64,000 bases of DNA from an uncultured delta proteobacterium. Its GTDB lineage: Bacteria > Desulfobacterota > Syntrophorhabdia > Syntrophorhabdales > WCHB1-27. The position numbers and the translations under genes are program-made. This document shows, piece after piece, positions 30,273 through 40,500 of this stretch (its first letter is position 1; the number at the start of each line of letters is the position of its first letter). The stretch is taken from assembly GCA_963810935.1 (NCBI GenBank), contig CAWEPK010000008.1:767483-831482 (forward strand), in the 5' to 3' direction. The notes beneath the pieces are model-generated. The model was given only the letters and a program-made list of their open reading frames with translations. It ran no database searches and was not told where the DNA came from.

Positions 30273-31610
30273 ATGAACGCTGAATCCAGAGAAATGCACA
30301 AGGCCATAAAAGCCACGGAGGCCCCCAGACGCTATCCGGCGCCTGCGCTCGATCGAATTCTGCACCTGGCCCGCTGCCTGCACGACGGGCAGAGCCGAAG
30401 CGTGGTCACCTTTTCCGGCAGCCTCGATACGGAGCGGATGGCCCGCGCTTTCCGACTCAGCCTCGATGCCGAGCCTGTCCTGGGCTGCCGGTTCGTTGCC
30501 CACCCCTGGCGCCCGTACTGGGAACGGCTCCCGGATGCGAAGCTGGTCTCCCCCCTGTCGGTCGTGGAAACGGGAAGCGAGAATTCACTCCACGACTGGC
30601 TGGCGGGTCCTCTCGATGCTTCAGCGGACATCCAGGTCCGCGCTTGCCTTTTTCGGGGTTCCAAAGAAAAACTGGCTGTCAAGCTGAGCCACGAAGCAGC
30701 CGATGCGAGCGGCATGCTCGACTACCTCAACCTCGTCGCCGCTATTTACCGCGAGCTGCGGACCAATCCCGGCTACGTTCCCTTGCGACGGGAAGGAAGG
30801 CTCGGGCAGGGCCCGGTGCTGCGCAGCGCCGGCTTCCGCCAACTGCTCCGGGGTTGCCTTCATTTCTCCTCCCCCGGCCCGGGGGTCGATTCACCTGTCG
30901 AAACGCTTGGGGAGCCGGTCTTCGCCTTGCGCCGCATAGAGCCTGAAACCGTCGCCCGCATCCTTGAATACTGCCGCAAGCATGACGTAACGGTCAATGA
31001 AGTGGTTTTGGCCGCCTTCTATCGTGCCGAATTCGCGAGGTCGGCTGCACCGCCCTACACGACGCTCACGATTCCGGTCCCGATCAACCTTCGCCGGTTC
31101 CTGCCTGCGGGCAGCAAGTGGGGTGTTTGCAACCTCTCGGCGGTCTTCTTTGCGGGTATGAGAAATCAGAGCTTCGACGCCATGGTTGCATCTGTTCACC
31201 GGCTGATGGCGTCCGCCCGCTCCGATACGCCCTGGCTCGGGCAGGCCGTGCTGCTTGAGCTGATGTTCCTCCTGCCCTATGCCGTTATCGCACGTCTGGT
31301 CAGGAGGTCGATACTCCGCCAAATTGCATCCGGAAGGCTCTATCCCTACATCGCGAATCACGGGATTATCGATACGGCCGGGATCGATTTCGAAGGAGTC
31401 CCGGTAAGCGATTTCGAAACGTGGAGCCCGGTCCCCAACCACACCGTCCCCATGCTCGGCGTCTATACGGTCGGCGGCGCACTCATGGTGGCGATGGTCA
31501 CCAGGGACCGGCCGAACGGCAGGAAGGCAGACCAGTTCCTGGACGCTTACTTAAAAGAGTTGCCGGGCCAATGTTTCCCGACCGCATATAAGGAGAGGGA
31601 TACCGCATGA
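30273..31610 (+). CDS. Stand-alone condensation-domain / CoA-dependent acyltransferase, copy 2 (tandem paralogue)
   Basis: LSHEAADASG, TVNEV.LAA, VPINLRR, YIANHG; long identical blocks shared with copy 1. Confidence 0.78.
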   Translation: MNAESREMHKAIKATEAPRRYPAPALDRILHLARCLHDGQSRSVVTFSGSLDTERMARAFRLSLDAEPVLGCRFVAHPWRPYWERLPDAKLVSPLSVVETGSENSLHDWLAGPLDASADIQVRACLFRGSKEKLAVKLSHEAADASGMLDYLNLVAAIYRELRTNPGYVPLRREGRLGQGPVLRSAGFRQLLRGCLHFSSPGPGVDSPVETLGEPVFALRRIEPETVARILEYCRKHDVTVNEVVLAAFYRAEFARSAAPPYTTLTIPVPINLRRFLPAGSKWGVCNLSAVFFAGMRNQSFDAMVASVHRLMASARSDTPWLGQAVLLELMFLLPYAVIARLVRRSILRQIASGRLYPYIANHGIIDTAGIDFEGVPVSDFETWSPVPNHTVPMLGVYTVGGALMVAMVTRDRPNGRKADQFLDAYLKELPGQCFPTAYKERDTA

Positions 31611-32419
31611 ATCATGGGATTCATTCAAGATCGGCCCAGCCGCCGGGTTTCCTCAGGCCCGCGACTCGCGCAATCCTTTTGCCGCTCGTAGTTCTTTTGC
31701 TGGTGTTGCTCGCGTACGGGCCGTCGAGCGCCCAGGACGCGCACGGCATCGTGGATGCGGCGGTACGCTACTACCGTGGAAAGTCCTCGGTCTGCGTCAT
31801 CGATATGAAGATCTCACGCCCCGGTTGGAGCCGCGAGATGTCGATGAGGGCCTGGACCAAGGGGCAGAAAGACAGCCTCTTCACCATCGTTGCCCCGCCG
31901 AAAGACGAGGGTAACGGGACGTTGAAGAAGGGGCGGGAAATGTCGACGTACAACCCGAAGGTCAACCGGGTCATCAAGCTGCCCCCCTCGATGATGTCCC
32001 AGTCTTGGATGGGCTCCGACTTCTCTAATGAAGACCTCGCCAAGTCCGACAGCATAGTCGATGACTACACGCACAGCCTCGAAGGCACCGAAATCCACGA
32101 AGGGAAGACGGTCTACGTAATCAAGTGCACACCGAAGCCGGGCGCGGCCGTCGTCTGGGGGGCGCAAAGGCTGAAGATCAGGGAGGACCGTATCCTTTTG
32201 CTTGAGGAATTTTACGATGAGGATGGGAAGCTGGTCAAAGCCCTTGCGGGTTCGGAGATCCGACAGATGGGGGGCAAGCTGTTCCCAAAAGTCTGGACGA
32301 TGCGGAAAGGGACCGAAGGAACGGAATTCACCGTCGTGACGTACAAGGACATCCGTTTCGATGTGGACATTCCCAACTACTTCTTCAGAGAATCTTCCCT
32401 GAAGAGCGCCTGGAGGTAG
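31607..32419 (+). CDS. LolA-like outer membrane lipoprotein-sorting protein
   Basis: Signal peptide; LPPSMMSQSWMGSDFSNEDL signature. Confidence 0.85.
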   Translation: MNHGIHSRSAQPPGFLRPATRAILLPLVVLLLVLLAYGPSSAQDAHGIVDAAVRYYRGKSSVCVIDMKISRPGWSREMSMRAWTKGQKDSLFTIVAPPKDEGNGTLKKGREMSTYNPKVNRVIKLPPSMMSQSWMGSDFSNEDLAKSDSIVDDYTHSLEGTEIHEGKTVYVIKCTPKPGAAVVWGAQRLKIREDRILLLEEFYDEDGKLVKALAGSEIRQMGGKLFPKVWTMRKGTEGTEFTVVTYKDIRFDVDIPNYFFRESSLKSAWR

Positions 32420-32423
32420 CACG

Positions 32424-33653
32424 TTGCTCTACGTCCGGATGGCCTGGCGTAACATATGGCGCAACCCCAGGCGATCTCTTTTGACTATGGGGGCAGTCGC
32501 CTTTGCCACGGTGCTTCTCGTTTTCATGCTGTCGCTGCAATTCGGGAACTACGCGACGATGATCGATTCGGCGGTGAAGCTGCGCACCGGCCATCTGCAG
32601 GTCCAGGCAAAGGGATATATGGAACGCAGGGACATCCGTCTGGTAGTCTCCGACCCTGCGTCGGTAGCGGGTATGCTTGGCCGCCTGCCCGGCGTGAGCG
32701 CTTATGCTTTTCGCGCCAGCGCCTTCGCGCTGGTTTCGTCCAAGAACCGGACCTACGGCACGGTCGTGACCGGGATCAGCGACCGCGAGGCAACCGTCTC
32801 GACCCTTTCGCGGACCCTCCGTCAGGGGCAATTCCTCTCGGCAGCCGATGGCGGACAGGCCCTGGTGGGAAGCATCCTGTCGAAGAACCTTCAGGTGAAG
32901 CCCGGGGACGAGGTGGCCGTCCTCGGACAGGCGTGGGATGGCTCCGTAGCGGCTACGGTGGTTCGCGTCAAAGGCATTATCAGCTCAGGCCAGGACGATT
33001 TTGACCGCATCAGCTTCTACCTGCCTTTGCCGTATTTCCAGAGTGTCTTCGCTATGGACAACTCGGTGCACGAGGTCGTCGCAACTGTCAGGACGCTGGA
33101 TGATGTGCCGCGGATCAAGCAGGCGCTGGGAGAGATGGTCCGTAAGGGCCCTAACCCGGACCTCAGGGTGCTCGACTGGAAGGAACTTACGCCCGGCCTC
33201 ATGGAAGTCATCACTTTCGACCTGGTGGCCGGTCTTCTGTTTTATCTCGTCTTGATCGTCGTCGTGGCTTTCAGCATCCTCAATACCTTTTTCATGGCGA
33301 TCTTCGAGCGGAAAAGGGAATTTGGCGTCATGATGGCCCTGGGCAGCCGGCCTGCCCACATCACGAAACTCCTATCAATCGAGTCCATGATGATCATCGC
33401 CATGGGTTCGGCGGCCGGCATCATCTTCGGAATCATCGTAACGCTCTATTTTGAATCACACGGCATCACGATTCCGGGCGCGGCCGAGCTGGCCCGGCTC
33501 TATGGCGTCCCCGAGCGCATGTTTCCGAGACTCTCGTTTCTTTCTCTTGCAATCGGCTCCGGCCTTGTGGTCGCAATCAGCATTGTCACGACTGTGATCC
33601 CGGTCTTCAAGGTCCGGCGTCTCCGTCCGGTGCAGGCGATGGGGGCGTCATGA
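32424..33653 (+). CDS. ABC transporter permease, LolC/E-FtsX-like
   Basis: MAWRNIWRNPRRS, NTFFMAIFERKREFG motifs. Confidence 0.9.
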   Translation: MLYVRMAWRNIWRNPRRSLLTMGAVAFATVLLVFMLSLQFGNYATMIDSAVKLRTGHLQVQAKGYMERRDIRLVVSDPASVAGMLGRLPGVSAYAFRASAFALVSSKNRTYGTVVTGISDREATVSTLSRTLRQGQFLSAADGGQALVGSILSKNLQVKPGDEVAVLGQAWDGSVAATVVRVKGIISSGQDDFDRISFYLPLPYFQSVFAMDNSVHEVVATVRTLDDVPRIKQALGEMVRKGPNPDLRVLDWKELTPGLMEVITFDLVAGLLFYLVLIVVVAFSILNTFFMAIFERKREFGVMMALGSRPAHITKLLSIESMMIIAMGSAAGIIFGIIVTLYFESHGITIPGAAELARLYGVPERMFPRLSFLSLAIGSGLVVAISIVTTVIPVFKVRRLRPVQAMGAS

Positions 33654-34873
33654 GGTTTTTCGGGCTTGCATGGCGCAACGTGTGGCGGACCCCCCGCAGG
33701 ACGCTCGTGGTCCTCATGGCCGCTACCATTGCAGTCTGGAGCATGATCGTCTCCAGTGCCCTGATGAGGGGCATCACCGATCAGATGGTCAGCAACGGGA
33801 TTGCAACGCTCACCGGTCATATTCAGATCCACGAACGGGGGTATCGGAACGATCCTGCAGTTGAAACGAGCATGAAGGACCCGGCCGCGCTGGTTAAGGC
33901 CATCGAGCCTCATCTGCCCCCCGGCGCCTTACGGGCCGACCGGGTCCGCGTCAATGCAATCGCGAGCAACGCGCGCCACTCGGAGGGGGTCACACTGGTC
34001 GGGGTCGACCCGGGCAAGGAAAAACAAATCTCGTTCATCGCGCGGTCCGTCACTTCCGGAAGCTATCTCCAACCGGACGACGGCTACAGCGTTCTGATCG
34101 GCAAAGCATTGATGGACAGGCTGGAAACCCACATCGGGCGCAAGCTGATACTGATGTCCCAGGACACGGACAAAGAGATCGCCTCGCGCGCCTTCCGCAT
34201 CTCGGGCGTTTTCAGGGCGGAGCTCGAGGCGACGGAGAGGCAGTTTGTCTTCATCACCCTTCCGGCGGCCAGGGACATGCTGAAGATGAAACAGTCTTTG
34301 TCCGAAGTCAGCGTGGTCCTGCCCGACCGGGCGAAGGTGGAGGAGACCGCGGCCGCTTTGCGCTCGGCCCTCCCTTCCGGCTACGAAGTCCATACATGGC
34401 AGGAGCTGCTGCCGCTGGCTACGGCGATGTTGAAGATGTACGAAGCGCTCATATACCTGTGGTATCTGGTCGCCTTCATTGCCATGGGCTTCGGTATTGT
34501 CAATACGATCCTCATGGCCGTGCTCGAACGCACCCGCGAGTTCGGGCTTCTGCGGGCGCTCGGGATGAGGCCCGGATGGATCGTGGAGGAGGTCTTGACG
34601 GAGTCGCTCCTGCTGCTCGTCATGGGCACGGGACTCGGGACCTGCCTGGGAATGCTTTGTGCGGCCGTCCTCTCTTATACGGGCATCGATCTTTCGATCG
34701 TGGCAGGCGGCGTAAAGACGTTCGGGCTTCCCCGCGTCATATACCCGGTCGTGCGGCTGCCGGACGTCATTCTGGCGAACGTGGTCGTCTTTGTACTCGG
34801 GCTGCTCGTCAGCGCCTATCCGGCCGTCAAAGCTTCGCGCTTCACGCCGGTGAAGGCCATGGCCCACACGTAA
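33650..34873 (+). CDS. ABC transporter permease, LolC/E-FtsX-like
   Basis: LAWRNVWR, NTILMAVLERTREFG, YPAVKASR. Confidence 0.9.
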   Translation: MRFFGLAWRNVWRTPRRTLVVLMAATIAVWSMIVSSALMRGITDQMVSNGIATLTGHIQIHERGYRNDPAVETSMKDPAALVKAIEPHLPPGALRADRVRVNAIASNARHSEGVTLVGVDPGKEKQISFIARSVTSGSYLQPDDGYSVLIGKALMDRLETHIGRKLILMSQDTDKEIASRAFRISGVFRAELEATERQFVFITLPAARDMLKMKQSLSEVSVVLPDRAKVEETAAALRSALPSGYEVHTWQELLPLATAMLKMYEALIYLWYLVAFIAMGFGIVNTILMAVLERTREFGLLRALGMRPGWIVEEVLTESLLLLVMGTGLGTCLGMLCAAVLSYTGIDLSIVAGGVKTFGLPRVIYPVVRLPDVILANVVVFVLGLLVSAYPAVKASRFTPVKAMAHT

Positions 34874-34895
34874 CTTTTTGCGATGAGGAGCGTCG

Positions 34896-35570
34896 ATGAC
34901 GATCATTGAGTGTGAAAACCTTAAGAAGACTTACCACCAGGGCACCCAGGAGATTACGGCCCTCGACGGTGTCAGCCTGGCTATCGGAAAAGGGGAGTTT
35001 CTCGCGCTGGCCGGACCCTCGGGATCGGGCAAGACCACGCTGCTCAATATCATCGGAGGACTTGACCATTCCGATGAGGGCCGGGTGGCGCTGGACGGGA
35101 CCGCCCTGAACGGCATGAGCGCCTCCGGGCTCGCCGACCTGCGCTTGCGCAAGGTGGGCTTCGTCTTTCAGGCCTTTAACCTGATTCCCGTCCTCTCTGC
35201 CCTCGAGAACGTGGAATTTGTCATGCTTCTTCAGGGGGTGCCCGCCACCGAGCGGGCGGAGAGGGCCCGGACCATCCTGGACGAAGTCGGTCTCCAGGGC
35301 ATGCACAGACGGCGGCCGGCCGAGCTATCCGGCGGCCAGCAGCAGCGGGTCGCTGTCGCCAGGGCTATCGTAGGAAACCCATCCATCGTCCTGGCCGACG
35401 AGCCGACGGCGAACCTCGATTCCAAGACCGGCGCGCGGCTGCTCGCCATAATGAAGGAAATGAACCTGCGGCGAAACATCACCTTTATTTTTTCCACCCA
35501 TGACCGAATGGTCATGGAATACGCCAGCCGCCTGGTGCGGCTAAAGGATGGGAAAATTGCTGATGAATAA
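34896..35570 (+). CDS. ABC transporter ATP-binding protein, LolD-like
   Basis: GPSGSGKT, LSGGQQQRVA, LADEPTANLD. Confidence 0.93.
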   Translation: MTIIECENLKKTYHQGTQEITALDGVSLAIGKGEFLALAGPSGSGKTTLLNIIGGLDHSDEGRVALDGTALNGMSASGLADLRLRKVGFVFQAFNLIPVLSALENVEFVMLLQGVPATERAERARTILDEVGLQGMHRRRPAELSGGQQQRVAVARAIVGNPSIVLADEPTANLDSKTGARLLAIMKEMNLRRNITFIFSTHDRMVMEYASRLVRLKDGKIADE

Positions 35571-36946
35571 ATCAGAGAGCCTATTCATCAAAGCAGGGTG
35601 TATCTCACTAACGGTGGCCGCGGCGCTCCTTGCCGTCTGGCTGCCAATCGCTGCAGGTCAGGTCGCATCGGCCGAACCGTCCACAGATGAAACACTTTCC
35701 ATCCCGGCGTCTGCTAAACCGCCCGGGGAAGAGAAGTTCTTCAGGCTGAGTGGAGAGATAAAGGGCATCGGCTCGGCATCATGGCCCGGAAGCGGGACGC
35801 TGCTCCAGCCGTCGGGCGACAAGACGTACTATGACGGCCTCCTCGAAGGCCGGCTCAAGGGCCACTTTTTTTTCACCGATTGGGCGAACCTGGAGGTCCA
35901 CGATTTGATCGGAGGTACAGGCGGCGACACCAGGCAGGCCGCCATCCAAACGTCCTTCCCCCTCTACCTCAACCAGGGCGACATCCCCGGCAGCCCCAGT
36001 TCGGATAAACGGCAGTTGCTCAATATGTCCTGGACCTGGGGCGGGCGTGATGAATTTGTTGGTTACGACCGGGTGGACAGGTTGGCGCTCACGCTTAAGC
36101 AGGACCCGGTCATCGCGACTCTCGGAAGGCAGGCGATTACCTGGGGCAACGGTATGGTTTTCAATCCCATGGACCTGATCAATCCCTTCGGGCCTACGGA
36201 CGTGGTTCGCGAATACAAGGTCGGCCAGGATATGGCTTTCGCCCAGGTCTCCGCGGGAGGTTACGGCAACATTCAGACTCCTCTGGGCGCCGAGGAGGGA
36301 TCCGAACACGGGAATAATTCAGGAGGACCAATCGGCCTTTGCCACCAAGGCCCGCTTCGGGGCGGGAAATGCGGATTTCGACGTCATGGTCGCGAAGAAT
36401 TTCGGCAGCAAGATCATCGGCGTGGGTGGGAACGGCCACCTTGGCGACGCGGTATGGCGCGCCGACATAACATACACCACGCCCCAGGACGTATTTTCGC
36501 AACAGCCTTATGTTTCGGGAGTGACCAACCTCGATTACTCATGGAACTGGTGGGGCAAGAACTGGTACGGGTTCATTGAGGCCTTTTACAGCGGCGTCGG
36601 CAAGAACGATTACGGAGTGGCTCTCACCAACCCGTACATCCAGCAAAAAATCAGCGAAGGCGTACTCTTCACGCTTGCCAAATGGTATGGGGACGCAAGC
36701 GTCCGCGTCGAGCTGCACCCGCTGTTTAACGCCTACCTGACGGTTATCACCAATGTAGAAGACCCTTCATGGATTGTCCAGCCCAAGGTGAGCTGGGACT
36801 TTGCGCGCAGCTTCAGGCTCACTGTGTGGGCAAATATTGCCTTCGGCCGGAACGGATCGGAATACGGTGGTTTTACCGTGCCGGGCACGAACCTGAAGCA
36901 ACAGCCCCCGAGCGGGGCCTTTACGTGGATAAGCTATTATTTCTAA
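35563..36946 (+). CDS. Putative outer-membrane beta-barrel protein; frameshift near 36277
   Basis: Signal peptide, LGRQAITWG..FNPMDL motif, alternating beta-strand pattern, C-terminal ...SYYF. Confidence 0.7.
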
Positions 36947-36985
36947 TGTTAGTATCATGGAACCGGGCAAAGAACTCCGAGGAGG

Positions 36986-37453
36986 TTGAAAAACATTCTC
37001 ATGATAACCGGGGGCCGGAATGGAAACGATAGAAAAGCCATTGCTGAGCTTTTGCGCATGCCGGAAACAATGGTTGGCGTCGATCGATACTTGTATGCCC
37101 CGGCTTTCCCGGATGAAGTAAAGGCCTGGAAGCTTATCGGACAATCCGACCCCGCTTTGCGTAGTTATCAGAATGCCCTTTATTATCCGCCGACTGCATT
37201 AATGAGCCTGCTCGATCTCGTAACCGAATTGCTTTTCAGGCTCAGGTTCAACCAGACGGACGCGATGCCTGCGCTGATAGCTAACGAGTCAAGATTTCGA
37301 AAACCGGTCATACCTGAAAATGAAATACTCATACAGGTAAAGCTGCTGCGCAATTACAAAGGAAGAATCGGTATATTCTCGGGTGTCATCGCCAACCGTG
37401 AGGGAGATATCGTTGCGGAAAATCTCTCCAAAGGGACAATTATCAGGACCTGA
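36986..37453 (+). CDS. Hotdog-fold FabZ/FabA-like protein, divergent
   Basis: VDR near N-terminus and RFRKPVIP..I.I.V motif; lacks canonical HFP..PGV..E. Confidence 0.55.
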   Translation: MKNILMITGGRNGNDRKAIAELLRMPETMVGVDRYLYAPAFPDEVKAWKLIGQSDPALRSYQNALYYPPTALMSLLDLVTELLFRLRFNQTDAMPALIANESRFRKPVIPENEILIQVKLLRNYKGRIGIFSGVIANREGDIVAENLSKGTIIRT

Positions 37454-37533
37454 TCTGAAGGAAAGACCGGCAAAGACCCCCCCGTCAATCGAAATATCCC
37501 TGGCAATCGATCCCCTGTTTCGCCCCGGCAACC

Positions 37534-38835
37534 TTATTTAATAAACAGATTGGGCATGAAGGTAGCCATGCCCGGGAATAGAAAGAGGAGAACGGTGACC
37601 GCTACGAGGCTTATGAGGAAGGGATAAACCCCGCTGTAGATTACGCCGAGCGGGACCTTGGTGATATTCTTTACGACGAAGACGTTGGAGGCGACCGGTG
37701 GGATGACGCAGCCGATCATGACGGTAAGGCCGACGAGTATAGAGAACCAGAGGGGATCGAAACCGAGCTTCATCGCCACCGGAAACAAGATCGGCGTGGC
37801 GAGGATCATGAAAGCGAGATCGTCTATGAACGAACCCCCTACCTGGTAGATAAGACTGATGAGGATCATGACGACGTACCGGTTCACCGACAGACCGGCA
37901 ACCCAGTCGGCCGCCATAATGGGTATCTTGGTCACCGCCAGAAAATGGCCGAGTATCGTGGATCCCGCTATGAGCATGAGAACCATGCAGGCCGTCCTCA
38001 GAGACTCCATTAGAGATTTCACGTAGCCCTTGAAATCGATATCCCTCTTTGCGAGGGACAGCAGGAGGACGGCCATCGTGCCGACGCTGCCTGCCTCGGT
38101 GGGTGTGAAGAACCCGTGCATCAGGCCCACGACAAGAAGAACGAAAATAACAGCTATTAACGCCACTTCGGGAAGCGACCTCAGCCTCGACCCCCAGCTC
38201 GACCGCCCGCCTTTCGGCCCGATTGACGGGTTGATCCTCGACCAGCCGTAGATGACCACCATGAAGAAGAAGGCTGTGAGCAGACCCGGCAAAGTCCCGG
38301 CCATGAACAATTTGGCAATGGACTGCTCCGTGATGATGCCGAAGACAATCAGAGTGACGCTCGGGGGAAGGAGTATGCCGAGCGTCCCTACGCTTGCGAC
38401 GATCCCGGTCGACAATTTCTTGGCATAACCATATCGATCCATCTCAGGGACGGCGACACTCGCGAACGTGGCGGCCGTGGCGGGAGAAGAGCCGCAGATG
38501 GCCTTGAACGCCGTCGCCCCTGCTACCGTCGCCATGGCCAGCCCTCCGGGAATGTGCCCGATAAATGTGTATGCCGCGCTGTACAGCCTTTTTGCGATAC
38601 CCGCGTTAAAGGCGATCTGACCCATGAGAACGAACAGAGGGATTACGGTAAAACTGTACGCCGTAAATACGTCATACATATCAACGGCCACGAGGTTGCA
38701 TGCGGAGCTGAAACCCTTGAGGATGCCGAAACCGATAAAGCCTATTATCGCCATCGCAAAGCCCAGCTCGACACCGGTGAGAAACAGCACCATAAGCACC
38801 ATAAGCGAAAAAATACCGAGAGCCACCTCACTCAT
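37534..38835 (-). CDS. dctM: TRAP transporter large permease
   Basis: IPLFVLMG, GTLGILLPPS, FTPTEAG; ~12 TM. Confidence 0.93.
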   Translation of the reverse strand: MSEVALGIFSLMVLMVLFLTGVELGFAMAIIGFIGFGILKGFSSACNLVAVDMYDVFTAYSFTVIPLFVLMGQIAFNAGIAKRLYSAAYTFIGHIPGGLAMATVAGATAFKAICGSSPATAATFASVAVPEMDRYGYAKKLSTGIVASVGTLGILLPPSVTLIVFGIITEQSIAKLFMAGTLPGLLTAFFFMVVIYGWSRINPSIGPKGGRSSWGSRLRSLPEVALIAVIFVLLVVGLMHGFFTPTEAGSVGTMAVLLLSLAKRDIDFKGYVKSLMESLRTACMVLMLIAGSTILGHFLAVTKIPIMAADWVAGLSVNRYVVMILISLIYQVGGSFIDDLAFMILATPILFPVAMKLGFDPLWFSILVGLTVMIGCVIPPVASNVFVVKNITKVPLGVIYSGVYPFLISLVAVTVLLFLFPGMATFMPNLFIK

Positions 38836-39310
38836 ACTTCCCTCCCGCTATCCTGACGATGTCGGCAATCAAAACCAGACATTCGACCGCGCAGGCGAGC
38901 CCTATTCCGAATATCACCGGATAGAAGGGGAGCTGGAGGGTAGGTGAAACCTCCCGGGTGCCGTAAAGGTACAATCCCTGTTTGAAGAGGTTGACGCTCG
39001 CTATGATGAAGAACGCAATCACCATCGACCGTGTAAGTATATTGGCTGCGTCCCGTTTTCCCCGGGGGAGCTTTTGAATCACGAAATCGACGTATATATG
39101 GCCTCTTGCCAACGACGTCATGGGAATGGCGAACCCGACGATCACCCCTCCCATAAACCCGACAAGCTCATAGGTGCCCACGATGGATGTCCTGAACGCC
39201 CTGAGGATCACGTCGAGCGTAGTGAGCAGCATGATGAACGTGAGGCAGACTGCGGCAACGGCGTTCATGAAACCGCTGATTCCCTTTATCCCCTTGAGAT
39301 ACGCTTCCAA
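38828..39310 (-). CDS. dctQ: TRAP transporter small permease
   Basis: TTG start with GGAGG RBS; DVILR, GHIYVD, 4 TM. Confidence 0.85.
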   Translation of the reverse strand: MEAYLKGIKGISGFMNAVAAVCLTFIMLLTTLDVILRAFRTSIVGTYELVGFMGGVIVGFAIPMTSLARGHIYVDFVIQKLPRGKRDAANILTRSMVIAFFIIASVNLFKQGLYLYGTREVSPTLQLPFYPVIFGIGLACAVECLVLIADIVRIAGGKYE

Positions 39311-39381
39311 CCCGTCTGCCTCCCGGTCGGTTAAGAAAGAGAGGAGAGGGGTAATCGAGCGCCCTCCCCGATCATGCGCAC

Positions 39382-40408
39382 CTACTTGTCGATCCTCTTC
39401 AGCCTCTGCCAGGCAAAAACCGAGCGCCTCTTTTCCCGGTAGACCTTGCTTCTTCATATTCTCCACATATTCATCGAGCAGGGGGCGGACGAGCTGCGCC
39501 CATCTTGCGTTTTCCGTGGCCGAAAGAGGAATGACCTTCTTGCCGAGCGAAGCCATCCAGCCTTCAGCCCTCTTGGCGGCGAGGTCCCATTCGGTCCCGT
39601 TCTTGTCCGCCCACTCCCTGTTGACGTCTCTAAAAATCTTCTGCACATCGGGAGGCAGAGAATTCCACTTCTTCTTGTTCATCACAATGAAGAAGCCCGT
39701 GCTATAACCCGCGCCGAAGCTTTGCGTCGACGCAGCGATAACCTCGCCCCATCTCCAGCCTTGCGTCGATTCCTGCGGCCCCAGCGTGCCGTCGACCACG
39801 CCCCTGCTCAAGGAGTCATAGGTGTCGCTCATGGGCATCGCGACGGGCGTAGCGCCCAGCTTACCCACTATCTTGGCGGCCAGGCCGGTGCAACGAATCT
39901 TCTGTCCTTTCAGGTCTTCGAGCTTGTAGACTGCTTTTTTTGAATGCACTATGCCGGGACTGTGGGCCATGAAGTACATCACTTCCGTCTCGGCGAATTC
40001 CTTGGGCTTGAATTTCTCGTAGAAGCTGTTGATCAACGTAGTCGCAGCGGCACCGGTCTTGTAGCCGAGCGGCAGGTCTATGACCTCCGACAAGGGGAAT
40101 TTCCCCCTCGTGTAAGCCATGCAGGACTGCCCCATATCGGCTATTCCCGTCACTATGCCGCTGTAAGTCTTGTCTGCGGCGATCAGCGTCCCGCCCGAGA
40201 AGACGGTGATCTTCACCCTGCCGTGCGTTCTCTTTTCGATCTCCTTTGCGTACGATTCGGAAAGCTTCGTGTTGAAGTGAGCGGCAGGTTGGAACTGGGC
40301 ATAGGTAAGCTCTATTGGTTTAGCCTGAGAGAAGACCTGCGACGCCGGGAAGCAAAAACCGATCACCGATAAGCATAAGAAAAACAGCATCGGCCTCGAA
40401 GCTCTCAT
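39382..40408 (-). CDS. dctP: TRAP substrate-binding protein; frameshift near 39403 just before stop
   Basis: Signal peptide, EKRTHGRV, LKGQKIR, MNKKKWNSLP; removing one base gives ...LAELKRIDK-stop. Confidence 0.88.
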
Positions 40409-40500
40409 ACGTTTCCCTCCTTTTTGCTCTCTCACACGGTCCGTCATTCCTTGATTTGCGCCTCCCGCGCTGCCGGCTGCCCGCACTGTCAATATGCAGT

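Noticed and set aside
28946..31610. NRPS gene cluster
   Set aside because: No adenylation, carrier or thioesterase domains adjacent; only stand-alone condensation-fold proteins
38828..40492. Apparent DctP-DctQ fusion protein (554 aa)
   Set aside because: One extra base near 39403 removes the dctP stop; dctQ has its own RBS and TTG start at 39310
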